Source: Macrostomum lignano
Taxonomy: Eukaryota
Length of the DNA stretch: 64,000 nt
Direction: 5' to 3'
Assembly (NCBI GenBank): GCA_002269645.1
Contig: NIVC01000200.1
Coordinates: forward strand, 124,001-188,000
Each line of letters begins with the position of its first letter. Position 1 is the stretch's first letter. Made by a program: the position numbers and the translations under genes. This document shows positions 25,050 to 39,969 of the stretch, piece by piece. The notes beneath the pieces are model-generated. The model made no database searches. It worked only from the letters and a program-made list of their open reading frames with translations, and was not told the origin of the DNA.

Positions 25050-25204
25050 TATTATTGCAGAAAGTAAACTAAATATTAAAAGTGCGAACTTTTTATATAT
25101 CCTTCCTTCTTCTGTTTGCTGAACTACTCGCTGAAACGACGAACAAACTACGAAAACAAGTGTATAAAGCTTCAGCTTCGACGCCGACAGACGCACATGT
25201 CGTA
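25050..25204. promoter_or_regulatory. Candidate bidirectional promoter between DDB1 (-) and a putative PHF12 first exon (+)
   Basis: DDB1 ATG at 25049. On the + strand, ATG TTT TCA|GTAAGT at 25205-25219 is phase-compatible with the PHF12 acceptor at 29873-29874. Confidence 0.4.
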
Positions 25205-25416
25205 ATGTTTTCAGTAAGTTTAAAAAACAACCATTTTTGCCGAAAAAAAATTAACTACAATTTTAGGACATTGCAAAAAAATTAAAATTTGTTTTGTAGC
25301 AGTACAAATTTTCAATAATTTATTTAATTTTTGTATACTTCGTGTTATAACTTATGGAATTAAAATAGCAAAAATTTAAAAAGCAATTTAAGGGTGCGTT
25401 CGAGTGGCCTAAAAAA

Positions 25417-26677
25417 ATGACCCGCATTCGAACTCCAACTCCAAATTCGGGAAAAGATAAACAAATTTTCAAATCCTTCAAAAGCTAACCGCATGTCTAA
25501 AACTGGGATAATAAAATGATAAAAATCAAAAATAACAACTGTTTTCTACATTTTTGTGACTTTTCAGTCACATTCATTTATCCATCTAGTTGCTATTGAT
25601 CTTCAGTTTAAAATAGACGAAATAAATTCAACAATTTCCGTACATTTACAGACTCTATTAAAATGTTTGAAGACCTGGTCTGCACTCAAAACTGAAAACT
25701 AATTTGGAGTTGAAGTAAAAATCAAAAATAACAAAAGAAATCTACATTTCTGTGCAATTTCTGCAAGATTCATGCATCCAGCTCGGAGTTATGGACCTCT
25801 AGTTTGAAATGGACGCGTTTAAATGCATACATTTTAGTGCATTTACAGTATGAAACCAAAAGTTTAAAAATCTGGGCTGCACTCAAAACTGAAAACTAAT
25901 TTGGAGTTGAAGTAAAAATCAAAAATAACAAAAGAAATCTACATTTCTGTGCAATTTCTGCAAGATTCATGCATCCAGCTCGGAGTTATTGACCTCTAGT
26001 TTGAAATGGACGCGTTTAAATGAATACATTTTAGTGCATTTACAGTATGAAACCAAAAGTTTAAAAATCTGGGCTGCACTCAAAACTGAAAACTAATTTG
26101 GAGTTGAAGTAAAAATCAAAAATAACAAAAGAAATCTACATTTCTGTGCAATTTCTGCAAGATTCATGCATCCAGCTCGGAGTTATTGACCTCTAGTTTG
26201 AAATGGACGCGTTTAAATGCATACGCGTCGAATCTGACGCATGCATTTAACGCATGCATTTAAACGCGTCCATTTCAAACTAGAGGTCAATAACTCCGAG
26301 CTGGATGCATGAATCTTGCAGAAATTGCACAGAAATGTAGATTTCTTTTGTTATTTTTGATTTCTACTTCAACTTCAAATTAGTTTTCAGCTTTGAGTGC
26401 AGACCAGGTCTTCAAACATTTTAATAGAGTCTGTAAATGTACGGAAATTGTTGAATTTATTTCGTCTATTTTAAACTGAAGATCAATAGCAACTAGATGG
26501 ATGAATTAATGTGACTGAAAAGTCACAAAAATGTAGAAAACAGTTGTTATTTTTGATTTTTATCATCTGATTATCCCAGTTTTAGACATACGGTTAGCTT
26601 TTGAAGGATTTGAAAATTTGTTTATCTTTTCCCGAATTTGGAGTTGGAGTTGGAGTTGGATTTCGAATGCGGGTCAT
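25417..26677. mobile_element. Foldback element with about 400-bp inverted arms and an internal ~186-bp unit repeated three times
   Basis: Left arm atgacccgcattcgaa... (25417 to about 25825) is the reverse complement of about 26250-26677. Superfamily not assigned. Confidence 0.85.
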
Positions 26678-27480
26678 CTTAAAAAAGTTATTAAAATGAC
26701 TTAAAATGACCTTTAACCTTTAGACGCTCTTTCAAATACCTTACTTTTACAAATATCGTAACTCGCATCGTAACTCGTGTAAAAATTTAACCTTTTGAAC
26801 AAATACTAAATACATCGGATTATACTGGCAAAACAGGCTCCTTAAGCCTGCGCCAAATTTACTACTACCTTAGAAATTAATATTTGTCTGATTAGAGCTG
26901 CTGTTTCTATGTAATTCAATGACTTGCTTTTCTAAGTCTAATTGACTCTAATAATAATCTTTAACTTCAGAAAAAATAGTTAGTATAGTTTGACTTGATT
27001 TTCGAGATAGATAGACATCATTTCAAGATAGGCCCTAGGCCTACAAAATAGGCCTACATTACTCATTCGCTTATCAGTGATCATTCAGGTCTAATTTCAA
27101 GGTCCAGTTTTGACTTTTGAACATATCAAAAATATATCTTATCTTAATTATTTTATTTATTTATCTTTTATTATCAATATCTTTTTGTTTTTTTTATTTA
27201 GAGCCACGTGGCTTGTTTAATTTTGCTAGTAAATAGGCCTAGTAATGTTTCAAATGGATTAAAGAGATCCTACACATTAAGTTGTAAAATAACTTAGTAG
27301 GCCTATTTGGCTATTTGTTTCATTATTTTTCAAAATAAAAAACTAAGTTTATTTAAATTTACATTCTAAAATATAGTTAAAATACATGCAATAGTTTTTT
27401 GGCATTATATAAGCATCAAAGTATCAATCAATACTTTACAAAAGGAATTTAAAAAAAAAGTTCTAAGCCTTGGTATGAAG

Positions 27481-28577
27481 CCATAGTCAGGAAGATATAC
27501 CATGTGCGCCGCAACAAATTCCTAGTCAAATTTTTAACTGTATGCTATGCGCCAAGTAGAAAAGTCCATGCATGTGTACCAAGAATCTTATTTTGAATTT
27601 TGAATTTTATATATTTCTAAATTTTTCTTTCATGATTTATTAAAGGCACTAAAGGCAGTGCTTAGGCCTATCCCCATGGTACCATAGGAATAATTTCTGT
27701 CTTATTCCAATAGTACCATGGGAATAATTTTTTGTTTATCTGCATAGCACACAAACAAGATAGTTGCCCTACATTCTATGTGTGCCATGGGAATAATTTT
27801 CTGCTTATCCGCATGGCATAATAATAAGATAGCTGACCTATCTTTTACATATGCCATGGGAATAATTTAGTTTGTTGCTTACATTTTGAGTGCAGTATAA
27901 TAACATAACTTTGCTTAAACATTTGTTTTATAGAAATAAACATTTTTTGGCCTTTCTATGCAAAAACAACACTTTTTTCTATTGATAAGTTATGATTTAA
28001 AGTAAATTATTCTAGTAATTGTACATAAATTAAATTTTTACCATAGTCTATGACAGAATCTATGATTAAAATTTAGTGTCTATCCTCTTAGCAAGATTGA
28101 AATGTAGAAGATAAGGCAGATATCTTGTCAGTGTGCCATGTAGATAAACAAAATAATTCCTATGGCATATGTAAAAGATAGGCCAGATATCTTATTGGTG
28201 TGCTATACAGATAAGCAAAACATTATTCCCATGGCCATTGGAATAAGACAGAAATTATTCCTATGGTATTGTGAAGGTAGGGGGCCTAAGCACTTCCTTT
28301 AATAAAGTAAAGATGGTCATAATATTTAATTTTTTAATATAATGTGTATCATTTGTAGATTTGGAAAAAAACTTTTTATACTATTTGAATTGAATTAGAT
28401 ATTTGAAAATGGAGCAAGTATATATATACATGTCATACTTTATATATAAACTAAAAATATTTTACTGTATAGACTGCATTAAGTATGGCGCACTATGTGC
28501 CATATGCACCATGTGTGCCAGAAAGTTCTTGTGTGTGCTATAATTTTGTGTGAAATCTACAACCTTCCTGACTATGG
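27481..28577. mobile_element. hAT-type MITE (outer element)
   Basis: 14-bp perfect TIR ccatagtcaggaag / cttcctgactatgg; 8-bp flanks gtatgaag / gtgtgaag (7 of 8 match). Confidence 0.7.
27650..28302. mobile_element. Nested inverted-repeat element with taaagg...cctttaa ends (Kolobok-like ends, tentative)
   Basis: About 200-bp imperfect inverted arms: gtgcttaggcc..ccataggaataatttctgtcttattccaat versus its reverse complement near 28230-28300. Confidence 0.65.
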
Positions 28578-28639
28578 GTGTGAAGGAGAGAGAATTGGAC
28601 AAAAACATTTAGCTCTTTTTCACTAAGCCTTGGTAAATG

Positions 28640-29635
28640 AAAGCCTTGTGACATCTTGATTGCAGTGCTTTGATGCCACTCTGAAAGAACTATGTTGAGC
28701 ATCCCTCAAACCAGGAGGTTGCAGCATCTTTTAGTGCCTTATTAGTATTGGATCACTGCCTACAGAGTTACCTGCTTTAGATGCAGAAATAGGTGAAAGT
28801 TGCTAGGGGCAAGGTCTGATGAATAGGCAAGGTGTAGCAGCTCTTAGAACCCTGCAATGCTGCCAATTGCCATTGCCATCCCATTGGTATAAGCAGGTAC
28901 ATTGTTATGCAGCAGTACTATGGCTCAGCATTCCCCGCAAATTTTCCTTGATTACTTTGCATAAATTTACAATCAGATTGGCATAGTAGGCACCTATGAC
29001 TGTCTGCTTGTTTGGCAGAAAGTCCAGCAACAGTTAGTCTTTGGCATCCCAAAAGACAGTAAGCGTTTTCTTACCTGCACTGCATATAGTCCGTGCATTC
29101 AATGGTGCAGATGAACCAACTGGCAGCCACTACTTTGACTCTTCCTTTGATTCAGGATTGTGGTGGTGGATCCATGGCTCATCACCAGTCACATAGCAGG
29201 ACAGAAAGCTAGCACGATCTGGATTGTAAGCTTGCGGGACAAGCTTTGCATATTGAAACTGTGTGGATTTCTGGTTGCTTGTCAAGATTTATGGGATCCA
29301 TAAGGCCAAGACATTTGACAGATAAAGATGCTGGTTTAGGATCTCAATGACCTGTATCAGAGAGCCCAGTGTCTGCCCAAATTTCCTGACCTTTACTTGC
29401 CAGTCACTATCAACCAGGGCCTAGATGTGCTGGATGTTTTTAGCAGTGACACCAGTCCAGGGGCATGTGCATCGAGGGTCATCTTTGAGAGAGTTGCAGC
29501 CAATGCTTGAACTCAGCTGCCCAATTCTTGACAGTGGTGTATGAGGGGGCAGCCCCAGCATACATGCCAGCCATTCGACTTTGGATTTCAGCAGGTTTTG
29601 AGCCCTCCAGGGTCAGGAATCAGATCACTGCCCTG
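28640..29635 (-). pseudogene. Mariner-family transposase pseudogene
   Basis: Minus-strand translation across stops and frameshifts gives FLTLEGSKPAEIQ..APSYTTVKNWAAEFK..DDPR, YVTGDEPWIHH..PESKEES, VFWDAK, YYANL, LAYSSDLAPSNFHL (cf. YSPDLAPSD) and WFEG. TIRs not identified. Confidence 0.9.
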
Positions 29636-29874
29636 TCTCTCGTATTGTTCAGTACAATTTTTCTAGTAATAAATTTTTATTGTCATTTTACTATCAAAAA
29701 ATTTGATGAAAACTTAAAACTTTGATTAGTGTAAGCTACTATTAGAGCTATCATCTCATTTCTAATTCTTTATTTTTCAATCGAACTATTTGCCTATACA
29801 AGATTACTTAAATTGGCCTCTGAAACCCTTACACAGTAGCCGTCTCCGTGTACCCACATGCCCCACAATTGCAG

Positions 29875-33005
<3,131 letters not shown>

Positions 33006-34730
33006 GTCTGCTTGTGTACTTGCTATATAATACTGGCTTTAATATTAATATGACTGACTCGCTTTAGTACCCAATCTCCCTGATGCCATTCCCGTTGAAA
33101 ACGTTACCGTTCTCGACAAGACTAAAGGTGACTGTCGTATATTGTATCTTATGAGTTGTTAAAATCGTAAAGGAGTCGCGAAAAAGGTCGTCCTAAGACT
33201 CGTTGTGTTAGCGCTTAACTTTCTACTAACTCAAGTAGTCTAAATAGAGTTGTTATCAATTCAAAATGCGATTCTAATTCATAAAGGGACGTAGATTACA
33301 CTTGGACGCAATTCGATGCACTCTACAGCGACTCTGGCGCGTCTCATATACGACTCTTTTTTACCTTAAGATCTCCTCGTTTTAGAGTCGTCGAAAGTCA
33401 CTTCTTTCCTATTTTACCTGTGTTACCTGGCTCTGGGACGCTTCTTGGCCCGTGGCGACTGTGGCGACCGTTTAAGAATTGTTTTCATCGGGGTTTTCGT
33501 GTGATTCTCACCCATTAGGGCCCTATAAACTTGAGTTGTTGTTGAAAAGTTTCTCTTAGTAATCATTTTTGCATATGTTTATATTACAGTTAGTAATTAG
33601 CAGTATTTTATTGTTGCAATTTGTCTAGTTTATTTTATTATTGTAAACAATTTTGTTTGTTTGTAAACGCAAATACAAAGTAACACGCATTCATAATATA
33701 CTGCAAACCTTATGCGTTGTTTTAATTCTGGTATTCTAATTTTAATGGACTGTTAAGAGATAGTTGTTAGATTAATAAAAGTCGTTTGTTAAAATAGAGG
33801 AAGTTGGCCAAGTGTGTTCTTTCCTTAGTTAATGGCAGCTTGTCTATGGCCAAGATGTGAAGCAGTTTCACTGAGACTGTCTTTGGCAAGTGGTTGGCAG
33901 CCCGCGAAGCCTCTGTCGGATTTTGAAACTTCACTTCACTGTGGCAATCCGGCCTGCTTTCTTGTCTTCTCACTTTCTCACTTCTCGTCTTTCACTGTCC
34001 TCTCCTTTACTATCCTCTCCCCTCCTCTCCCCTCCTCTCTCCCCTCTCTTCTCTTCCCTCTCTCCTCTCCTGTCTACTCTACTTTCCCCACTACTCTTCT
34101 CTCCTCTCCTCTCTCCTATTTGGCCTTGTCTTCTCTCCCCTCTTCTCTCTTCTCTCACCTGGCCCGCTGCCATGAGCTGGATTGTGGCCCTTTAGGTAAA
34201 AAAATTTATGTCCCTTCGTCTGTGCTAAAGCCGTTTGATTCAGTGCAAAGCCAGCTGGCGTGAAACGCCAAGACCGACTGTGTGGCTAATCTTACAAAAT
34301 AATATCAAGGAAGCCTCTATTTGCCCTTCGAATATAGCGAAGTGAACACAGGGGTTTCCTTGAATAATATGCTGTGCTGACTATACCAAACTATAATATT
34401 TCCATATTTGTATGTTGGGGATTAACTAAATGTGCTCAAAAGATTGGTTCAGGGGTGTGGAAATGATACTTGATACACACGGTGGCTTGAGTGTCTGTTT
34501 TCTATGTTCTGAACATAAATTCTATGGCTTTTCTGGGGTTTACATTGCAGTAGAATTTCTTTCTTTTCTCCATTTTCTCAATCGACAAAGAAACTTTACG
34601 ATCCAAAATTTGCGAAAAAGGATTTAATTACTCAGTTTTTTGCTTCTCGTGTTTGTAAAACCATAATTTATTTCGTCGTTAAATCTCTGCCCGACAGTCG
34701 TTAAATTTTTTAAAAACATCTCCAGCAACA

Positions 34731-36422
34731 ATGAGCCTAAAACGTCACAGCGACAGCTCAAGTTTGGACGCGCCTCCCGCTACCCCAACTCCTCTCTGCA
34801 TCATCTGCAACCAAGCTGCAGTCGGTGTGGCTCCGTTCTCCCGCTGCCACATGTGCAGTCAACACCTCAGTGTCGATGTGGCCAATCTATTCAAGCTCAA
34901 GGAGGAGGTCGACGAGCTGCTGCGTGCCTACTCACAAGAGTCACAAGACTCACGAGAGTCACAAGGCTCACAAGAGTCACAAGGCGCAGCAGGTGCAGCT
35001 GGCCGTGCAGCGCTGCTGCGACACAGAAAAGACGCTGAGTCGCTGCGTCGTCTCGCTCTCGACATCCAACAGCAGCTGCAAGAGGTCAATCACAAATTCG
35101 ATTTGGTACAGCAACACATCGACTCGTTTCGTAGCAGGGTGACGGGCCAGCTCTCAGGTGTGCTTGAGGCAGTGCGTGTGTGCGAGCGGGACCTCGAGGA
35201 CGTCTCCAGCTACAAGCAGGAGGTGGCCACGGCGGAGGCTGCAGGCGACATGGCGGAGCTGCTTCGCCTGGTCCAGTCCATGCACGCATCGCTTGGAGAC
35301 TTGGAGGCCGACTTTGAGAGGTCAGAGCGGCTGCTCAGAGACCAGAGCGACAATGAGGAGGTGCAGGTGCGGCTTCTGGGCCAGCTCGAGCGGCTGGTCG
35401 GAATTTGTGCGGGACGCAGTGAAGAGGGCGACTGGTCGAGAGACGCATCGGTGAACGCCAGACCGGAGGTGAGAGACACTGCGGTGACGGCGAGACCCGA
35501 GGACATAGACGATCCTCAGAAAATGTTGCAGCCGATGGTCTTCAGTCACCAGGTGGAGCTGGATGGCGATGTTACATGCCTGGCTGTGTGCAGCGACACC
35601 AGCGGATTTGTTGGTAACCGCTTAGGCCATGTGGTTCCCACCGATTCAGCGGAAGACGGCAGCGAGGCTCTGCATCAGCCCTGCATTATTGCCTCTCTAT
35701 TGAATAGAGACCACCTACTGGTGCTGTCTGTGGACGGCTCACAGAAGCTGCAGTGCCACTGCGATATCGACTGGAAGCAGCGCATCTGTGGCCTTCACTG
35801 CAATCGTCAGCTGCTGTTCATTGCTCAGGATGACGCAGTGACAGTGACGGACCTGAGCGGTCGTGCGGTGCGTCGAGTCCGCCCATTCATCAAGGACTTC
35901 GGTGACATCAAGGGAATCGGCGGCAACGCGGCTTCCGTGTTTGTGTCCAGTGGAAACAAAATTGCTGCATTCAGCAAAGCGACTTGGCAGATGGAGACGG
36001 TCATCACGCTGTCTCAGCTTCCTAGTGCTCTACTGGGTAACCTGGCGACTCACGACAACTGTATTCTTGTGAGAGACTGGAAGCGCAAGCAGGTGCACAG
36101 AGTGCGCATCGACACCCAGCAGCTGGTCGCCTCCTTCACAAATCAATCTTCTGGCATCCAACAATTTGCTCATCCAGTGGATGTGGCCGTCGACAGCAGA
36201 GGCCGCCTTTTCGTGTGTGAATTGTGGGGTCACTCAGTGCGAGCGGTGGCTGCAGACGACGGCTCGCCACTGTGGACTCTGGGGACTCCGGGCAAAAGGG
36301 GAATCGGAAACGGCAGATTCGACGGTCCATGGGGTCTGGCGGTGGTGACGGGAGGTCCGCGCGAGCAGCTGGTGGAGGCTGACTGTAGGAACAGCAGACT
36401 GCAGGTGTTCAGTGCATCCTAA
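34731..36422 (+). CDS. Cys/His-knuckle + coiled-coil + NHL propeller protein, copy 2; intronless, 563 aa
   Basis: Paralog of copies 1 and 4, with a near-identical N-terminal half and a divergent propeller. Confidence 0.85.
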   Translation: MSLKRHSDSSSLDAPPATPTPLCIICNQAAVGVAPFSRCHMCSQHLSVDVANLFKLKEEVDELLRAYSQESQDSRESQGSQESQGAAGAAGRAALLRHRKDAESLRRLALDIQQQLQEVNHKFDLVQQHIDSFRSRVTGQLSGVLEAVRVCERDLEDVSSYKQEVATAEAAGDMAELLRLVQSMHASLGDLEADFERSERLLRDQSDNEEVQVRLLGQLERLVGICAGRSEEGDWSRDASVNARPEVRDTAVTARPEDIDDPQKMLQPMVFSHQVELDGDVTCLAVCSDTSGFVGNRLGHVVPTDSAEDGSEALHQPCIIASLLNRDHLLVLSVDGSQKLQCHCDIDWKQRICGLHCNRQLLFIAQDDAVTVTDLSGRAVRRVRPFIKDFGDIKGIGGNAASVFVSSGNKIAAFSKATWQMETVITLSQLPSALLGNLATHDNCILVRDWKRKQVHRVRIDTQQLVASFTNQSSGIQQFAHPVDVAVDSRGRLFVCELWGHSVRAVAADDGSPLWTLGTPGKRGIGNGRFDGPWGLAVVTGGPREQLVEADCRNSRLQVFSAS

Positions 36423-36957
36423 TTTTATCCAGAGACCGAATAAACTGTGGAGTGATTGATTTTGTGGAGGCTGGTCTATCGTTCGAGTTTTTCTTATTAT
36501 GGAACGGGTACGGATAGTCTTAACCAGCACTACTGTGTGAGGGCGTCAGAGGCCAATCAAAGTAATATAGATGACTTAGAGGAGGGAGTGGCACTGAGCG
36601 CTATACACTGATACTAATATAGCTCAAGTGAACTATCTAGGTTACATAGTATCGTTGCATCTGTGTAACAATTGTTGGTTGATATTTTTGCGCAGGTTTT
36701 TTTTACTATTTTTTGTTTTGTCTTTCCGTAGTAAACAATTAGTAATTTAATTGTAGCTTTTTAACATACCCTGTAATGCGCTGCATGTTGAGGAAATCAT
36801 TAATAACATATTTCATAGCTTGTTTACAAAATTTATATTGAGTGACAAACTGGTATTTGACTAAATAAGCTTTGATTATTTATCTTTATCTGATATGAAT
36901 CTCCGTTCAAACAATCAGTCACAAAGATTAAAATAGACAGGTAATTTAAGCCAAGTA

Positions 36958-37454
36958 AGCTACTTTAAGGCACCACACATTGAGCGCAGGTTCTGGAGAT
37001 GGCCACGTTAACCTTAAAGCAACTTTCCGCTTCTATAGTGAGAACTCGGATCGGTGTTTTAAAGCGTAAAAAAATTTACTGACAGTAATCGCTTCTTGGT
37101 GCGCCATCTTGGCAATCGCAGAAACACCTCAACCGGTCAATTATTACGCCCGGAATCTCGTAACCAAGGAGCGAATTCTTCAGCGGTTTCGGAGCAAGCA
37201 TGAGGCTGAGGCGGCCCGTCCTGCTTATCGTAAAGATCTTTGCTAAGCCCAAACGGATATTCAGCATTCTAGATTATTTTTATTCGTTGGAATGGATTAA
37301 CAGTTTGTCGACACCAAGACTAGACAGTAAAGAGAAGAATAATGTTGTCGTCATGGGAACCTCCAGGCTTTGGGATCAATGCTGCAGCCTCATTTTATCT
37401 TCGCGGTGAAGAAACTTAATGTAACGTCATGTCCCGGACATCTACAAATATTCT
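36958..37454 (+). repeat. ~500-bp direct repeat, copy A; supplies the 5' end of NHL copy 3
   Basis: Matches 39970-40475; the only differences I saw are a 10-nt indel and a 1-nt homopolymer difference. Confidence 0.95.
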
Positions 37455-38953
37455 TCGAAAGCGGGACATCTTCCACCGTCGTTGCGCCGGGAACTCGACC
37501 TCTGGTGCAAGAGTTGCAGATTAGCGGTCAGCTAAAATGTATTGAAAACGAATGCCTATTGATGCAAGGCGAATTAGATAATTTTTATCAGCGAGTTCAG
37601 CTTCAGATTAAAGAATACTTGAATGCTGTACGAACTTGTCATAATGGTCTCAATGATACTCAAAACTACAGACAGGAAGTGGCCGCAGCGGAGGCTGCAG
37701 GCAATATTTCAGAAATTGCAAAGCTGTCAATGTCTATGCAGCTGTCCATTCCCGATCTGCAAGCTGAATTTGACTTGGCGCAACGCCTTCGGCTTGAAAA
37801 TGACTGTGTCGAGATGCAGTTGCGACGGTTTAGACAGATAGAGAAACTTGTTGGCAGTGTTGCAACTGATAGGAACTCAGGTGTGACTGACGCAGCTGTT
37901 TCTGCTCTACCAGATGTTAGAGACGCCGAGTCAACAGCTAGTCCAACTCTGCTTAGCGCTGCCGTTACTGCAAGACCAATTGGTATTGATATTGAAACGA
38001 CCGTCGCACCCGAGGTCTGTGACGCCTCGCTCACCGCTAGCGACTCGCCGTTTGATCCAATTGTGTTCAGTCATCAAGTTCCATTAAATGGTCAGGTGGA
38101 CCTGTTGACTGTGTGCAGCGACACTCGCGGATTTGTTGGCGAACCAAGCTCAGGTCTTGTGGTGTCCATTAATGCAGCTGGTGACGATCGCGAGGCACTG
38201 CCTGAGCCCTGCATCTTTGCCAGAGTCAGTGGCTGTAGCCATTTAAGAGTGCTGTCCGTGGACGGAGCGCGGAGACTGCGCTGTCAGGGTGACTTCGATT
38301 TCAAACAGAACATCTGCAGTCTTCATTGCGATCGTCAGCAACTGTTTATTGCCCAGCGCAGCTCCGTGAAAGTGACAGTAACTGACTTGAGCGGTCGCGT
38401 GGTTTTTCAAATAGAGCCACAGATTGAAGATTTCGACGAGATCAGAGGCATCAGTTGCAACGCAACTAATTTATTTATTAGTTGTGACAACAAAATTGCT
38501 GTATTGCACAAGTTGATTGGCCAATTGGAGACGGTCATCACGTTGCCGGGTGCTTTGGATATGCGCAACCTGACGGTTTATCGCGACAGTATCATGGTGG
38601 TAGACTGTGAGAGTTGGCAGGTCCATAAAGTGCACATAGACAGCCAGCAGTTGGTCTGTTCTTATCCAAGTGATGCTTCCGGCCTCCAACAGTTTGCTTG
38701 GCCAATGGATGTGGCCGTCGACAGAAGAGGCCGCCTGTTCATGAGTGAAAACGATGGTCACTCAGTGCGAGCGGTGGCTGCTGACGACGGGTCGCTGCTG
38801 TGGACTCTGGGCACTCCGGGCGAGAGCGGTTTTGATGGCAATAGACTCAACCGTCCTTGGGGTCTGGCGGTGGCCACGGGAGGTCCACGCGAGCAGCTGG
38901 TGGTGGCTGACTATTTAAACTCGCGATTGCTAGTGATTGATGTAGATTCTTAA
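37379..38953 (+). CDS. Divergent coiled-coil + NHL propeller paralog, copy 3; lacks the Cys/His knuckle; 524 aa from ATG 37379
   Basis: Homology to the other copies starts near 37500 (QEVAAAEAAG, VFSHQV, CDRQQLFIAQ, QQFAWPMDVAVD, NRPWGLAV..ADYLNSRL). The ORF is uninterrupted. The true start is uncertain. Confidence 0.75.
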   Translation: MLQPHFIFAVKKLNVTSCPGHLQIFFESGTSSTVVAPGTRPLVQELQISGQLKCIENECLLMQGELDNFYQRVQLQIKEYLNAVRTCHNGLNDTQNYRQEVAAAEAAGNISEIAKLSMSMQLSIPDLQAEFDLAQRLRLENDCVEMQLRRFRQIEKLVGSVATDRNSGVTDAAVSALPDVRDAESTASPTLLSAAVTARPIGIDIETTVAPEVCDASLTASDSPFDPIVFSHQVPLNGQVDLLTVCSDTRGFVGEPSSGLVVSINAAGDDREALPEPCIFARVSGCSHLRVLSVDGARRLRCQGDFDFKQNICSLHCDRQQLFIAQRSSVKVTVTDLSGRVVFQIEPQIEDFDEIRGISCNATNLFISCDNKIAVLHKLIGQLETVITLPGALDMRNLTVYRDSIMVVDCESWQVHKVHIDSQQLVCSYPSDASGLQQFAWPMDVAVDRRGRLFMSENDGHSVRAVAADDGSLLWTLGTPGESGFDGNRLNRPWGLAVATGGPREQLVVADYLNSRLLVIDVDS

Positions 38954-39969
38954 GCTTTATTTTATAGTTTGCTAGACTGATAGTCCGGTGTTTATATTCT
39001 TATCAAGAGCAGTCTGTCTCACTTGTTTTACGTGTACATATACACTGTATTTATCAGATAAAGATTAGTACCTTATTCCTATTTTCTAAAAACTGAATTT
39101 TGCATTTAGCGTAAAATATTGTCATATTTGCCAGAAATGAAAATTCTGCATGTGATTTTTTAATGCTGATTTAGATCTAAAAGTAAAAAAAAATTATTAC
39201 TATTCTGTGACTTCGGCTTTCAGTTTTGTTGGCGGTGAAAATAACCATAAAGGAAAATTGTCATGTTTGACACTACTATATCTTCATTTTTGCCAGTGAC
39301 TTTAGAATGATTTTTATATATGGATTTACCAATTTCTAAAATTACAAGTTTAACAAAAAATTAATTCTAGGATAAATGGTAGCTACTAACAGCAGCTATA
39401 GGTCCACATTGTATGACTTCAAACTTAATGAAATAATAAGTGTCCCAGTAAAACAGCAGTCTCAAGTCTGCGCAATTCTAGGCGTGGTTGGAGACTTTCC
39501 GGAATGAGGGTGGGATAGTAAGTTTTATCTAGCTTATCAACAGCGTTAGAATCATCTTTATGAAACTTCTAACTCGTAGGTTTTTGGAGGTATTTGCAAT
39601 TGACGTAGATAAGTAGATTTTGCTGGCTTATACTTATTTTGATTGTGCATACTTTGCCTACGTACGTACTTTAACACTTTATCAAATTTGCCTACTTCTT
39701 AGCATACTTTGTCTGCCTACTTTTCAGAATTCTGGCTTCATTTATTGGATAATTAACGATTAAATTAGGCTACTGAGTGAAAATAAGATATAGCTAAAGA
39801 AGTGAAGGACCTTTGATGAAGCTGTGCAGGTTGTTTTCCTTGAATCAGGTGAGAAGTTACGGAGAAAGCATTGCACAGCGATTTGGTATTTTCCATCCAA
39901 TTTTGTTTAATCATGTAAGGAAAGTTTAGTCCAACGAACCTAAAAAGCGGTCTTTGTTGAGACCTTACT

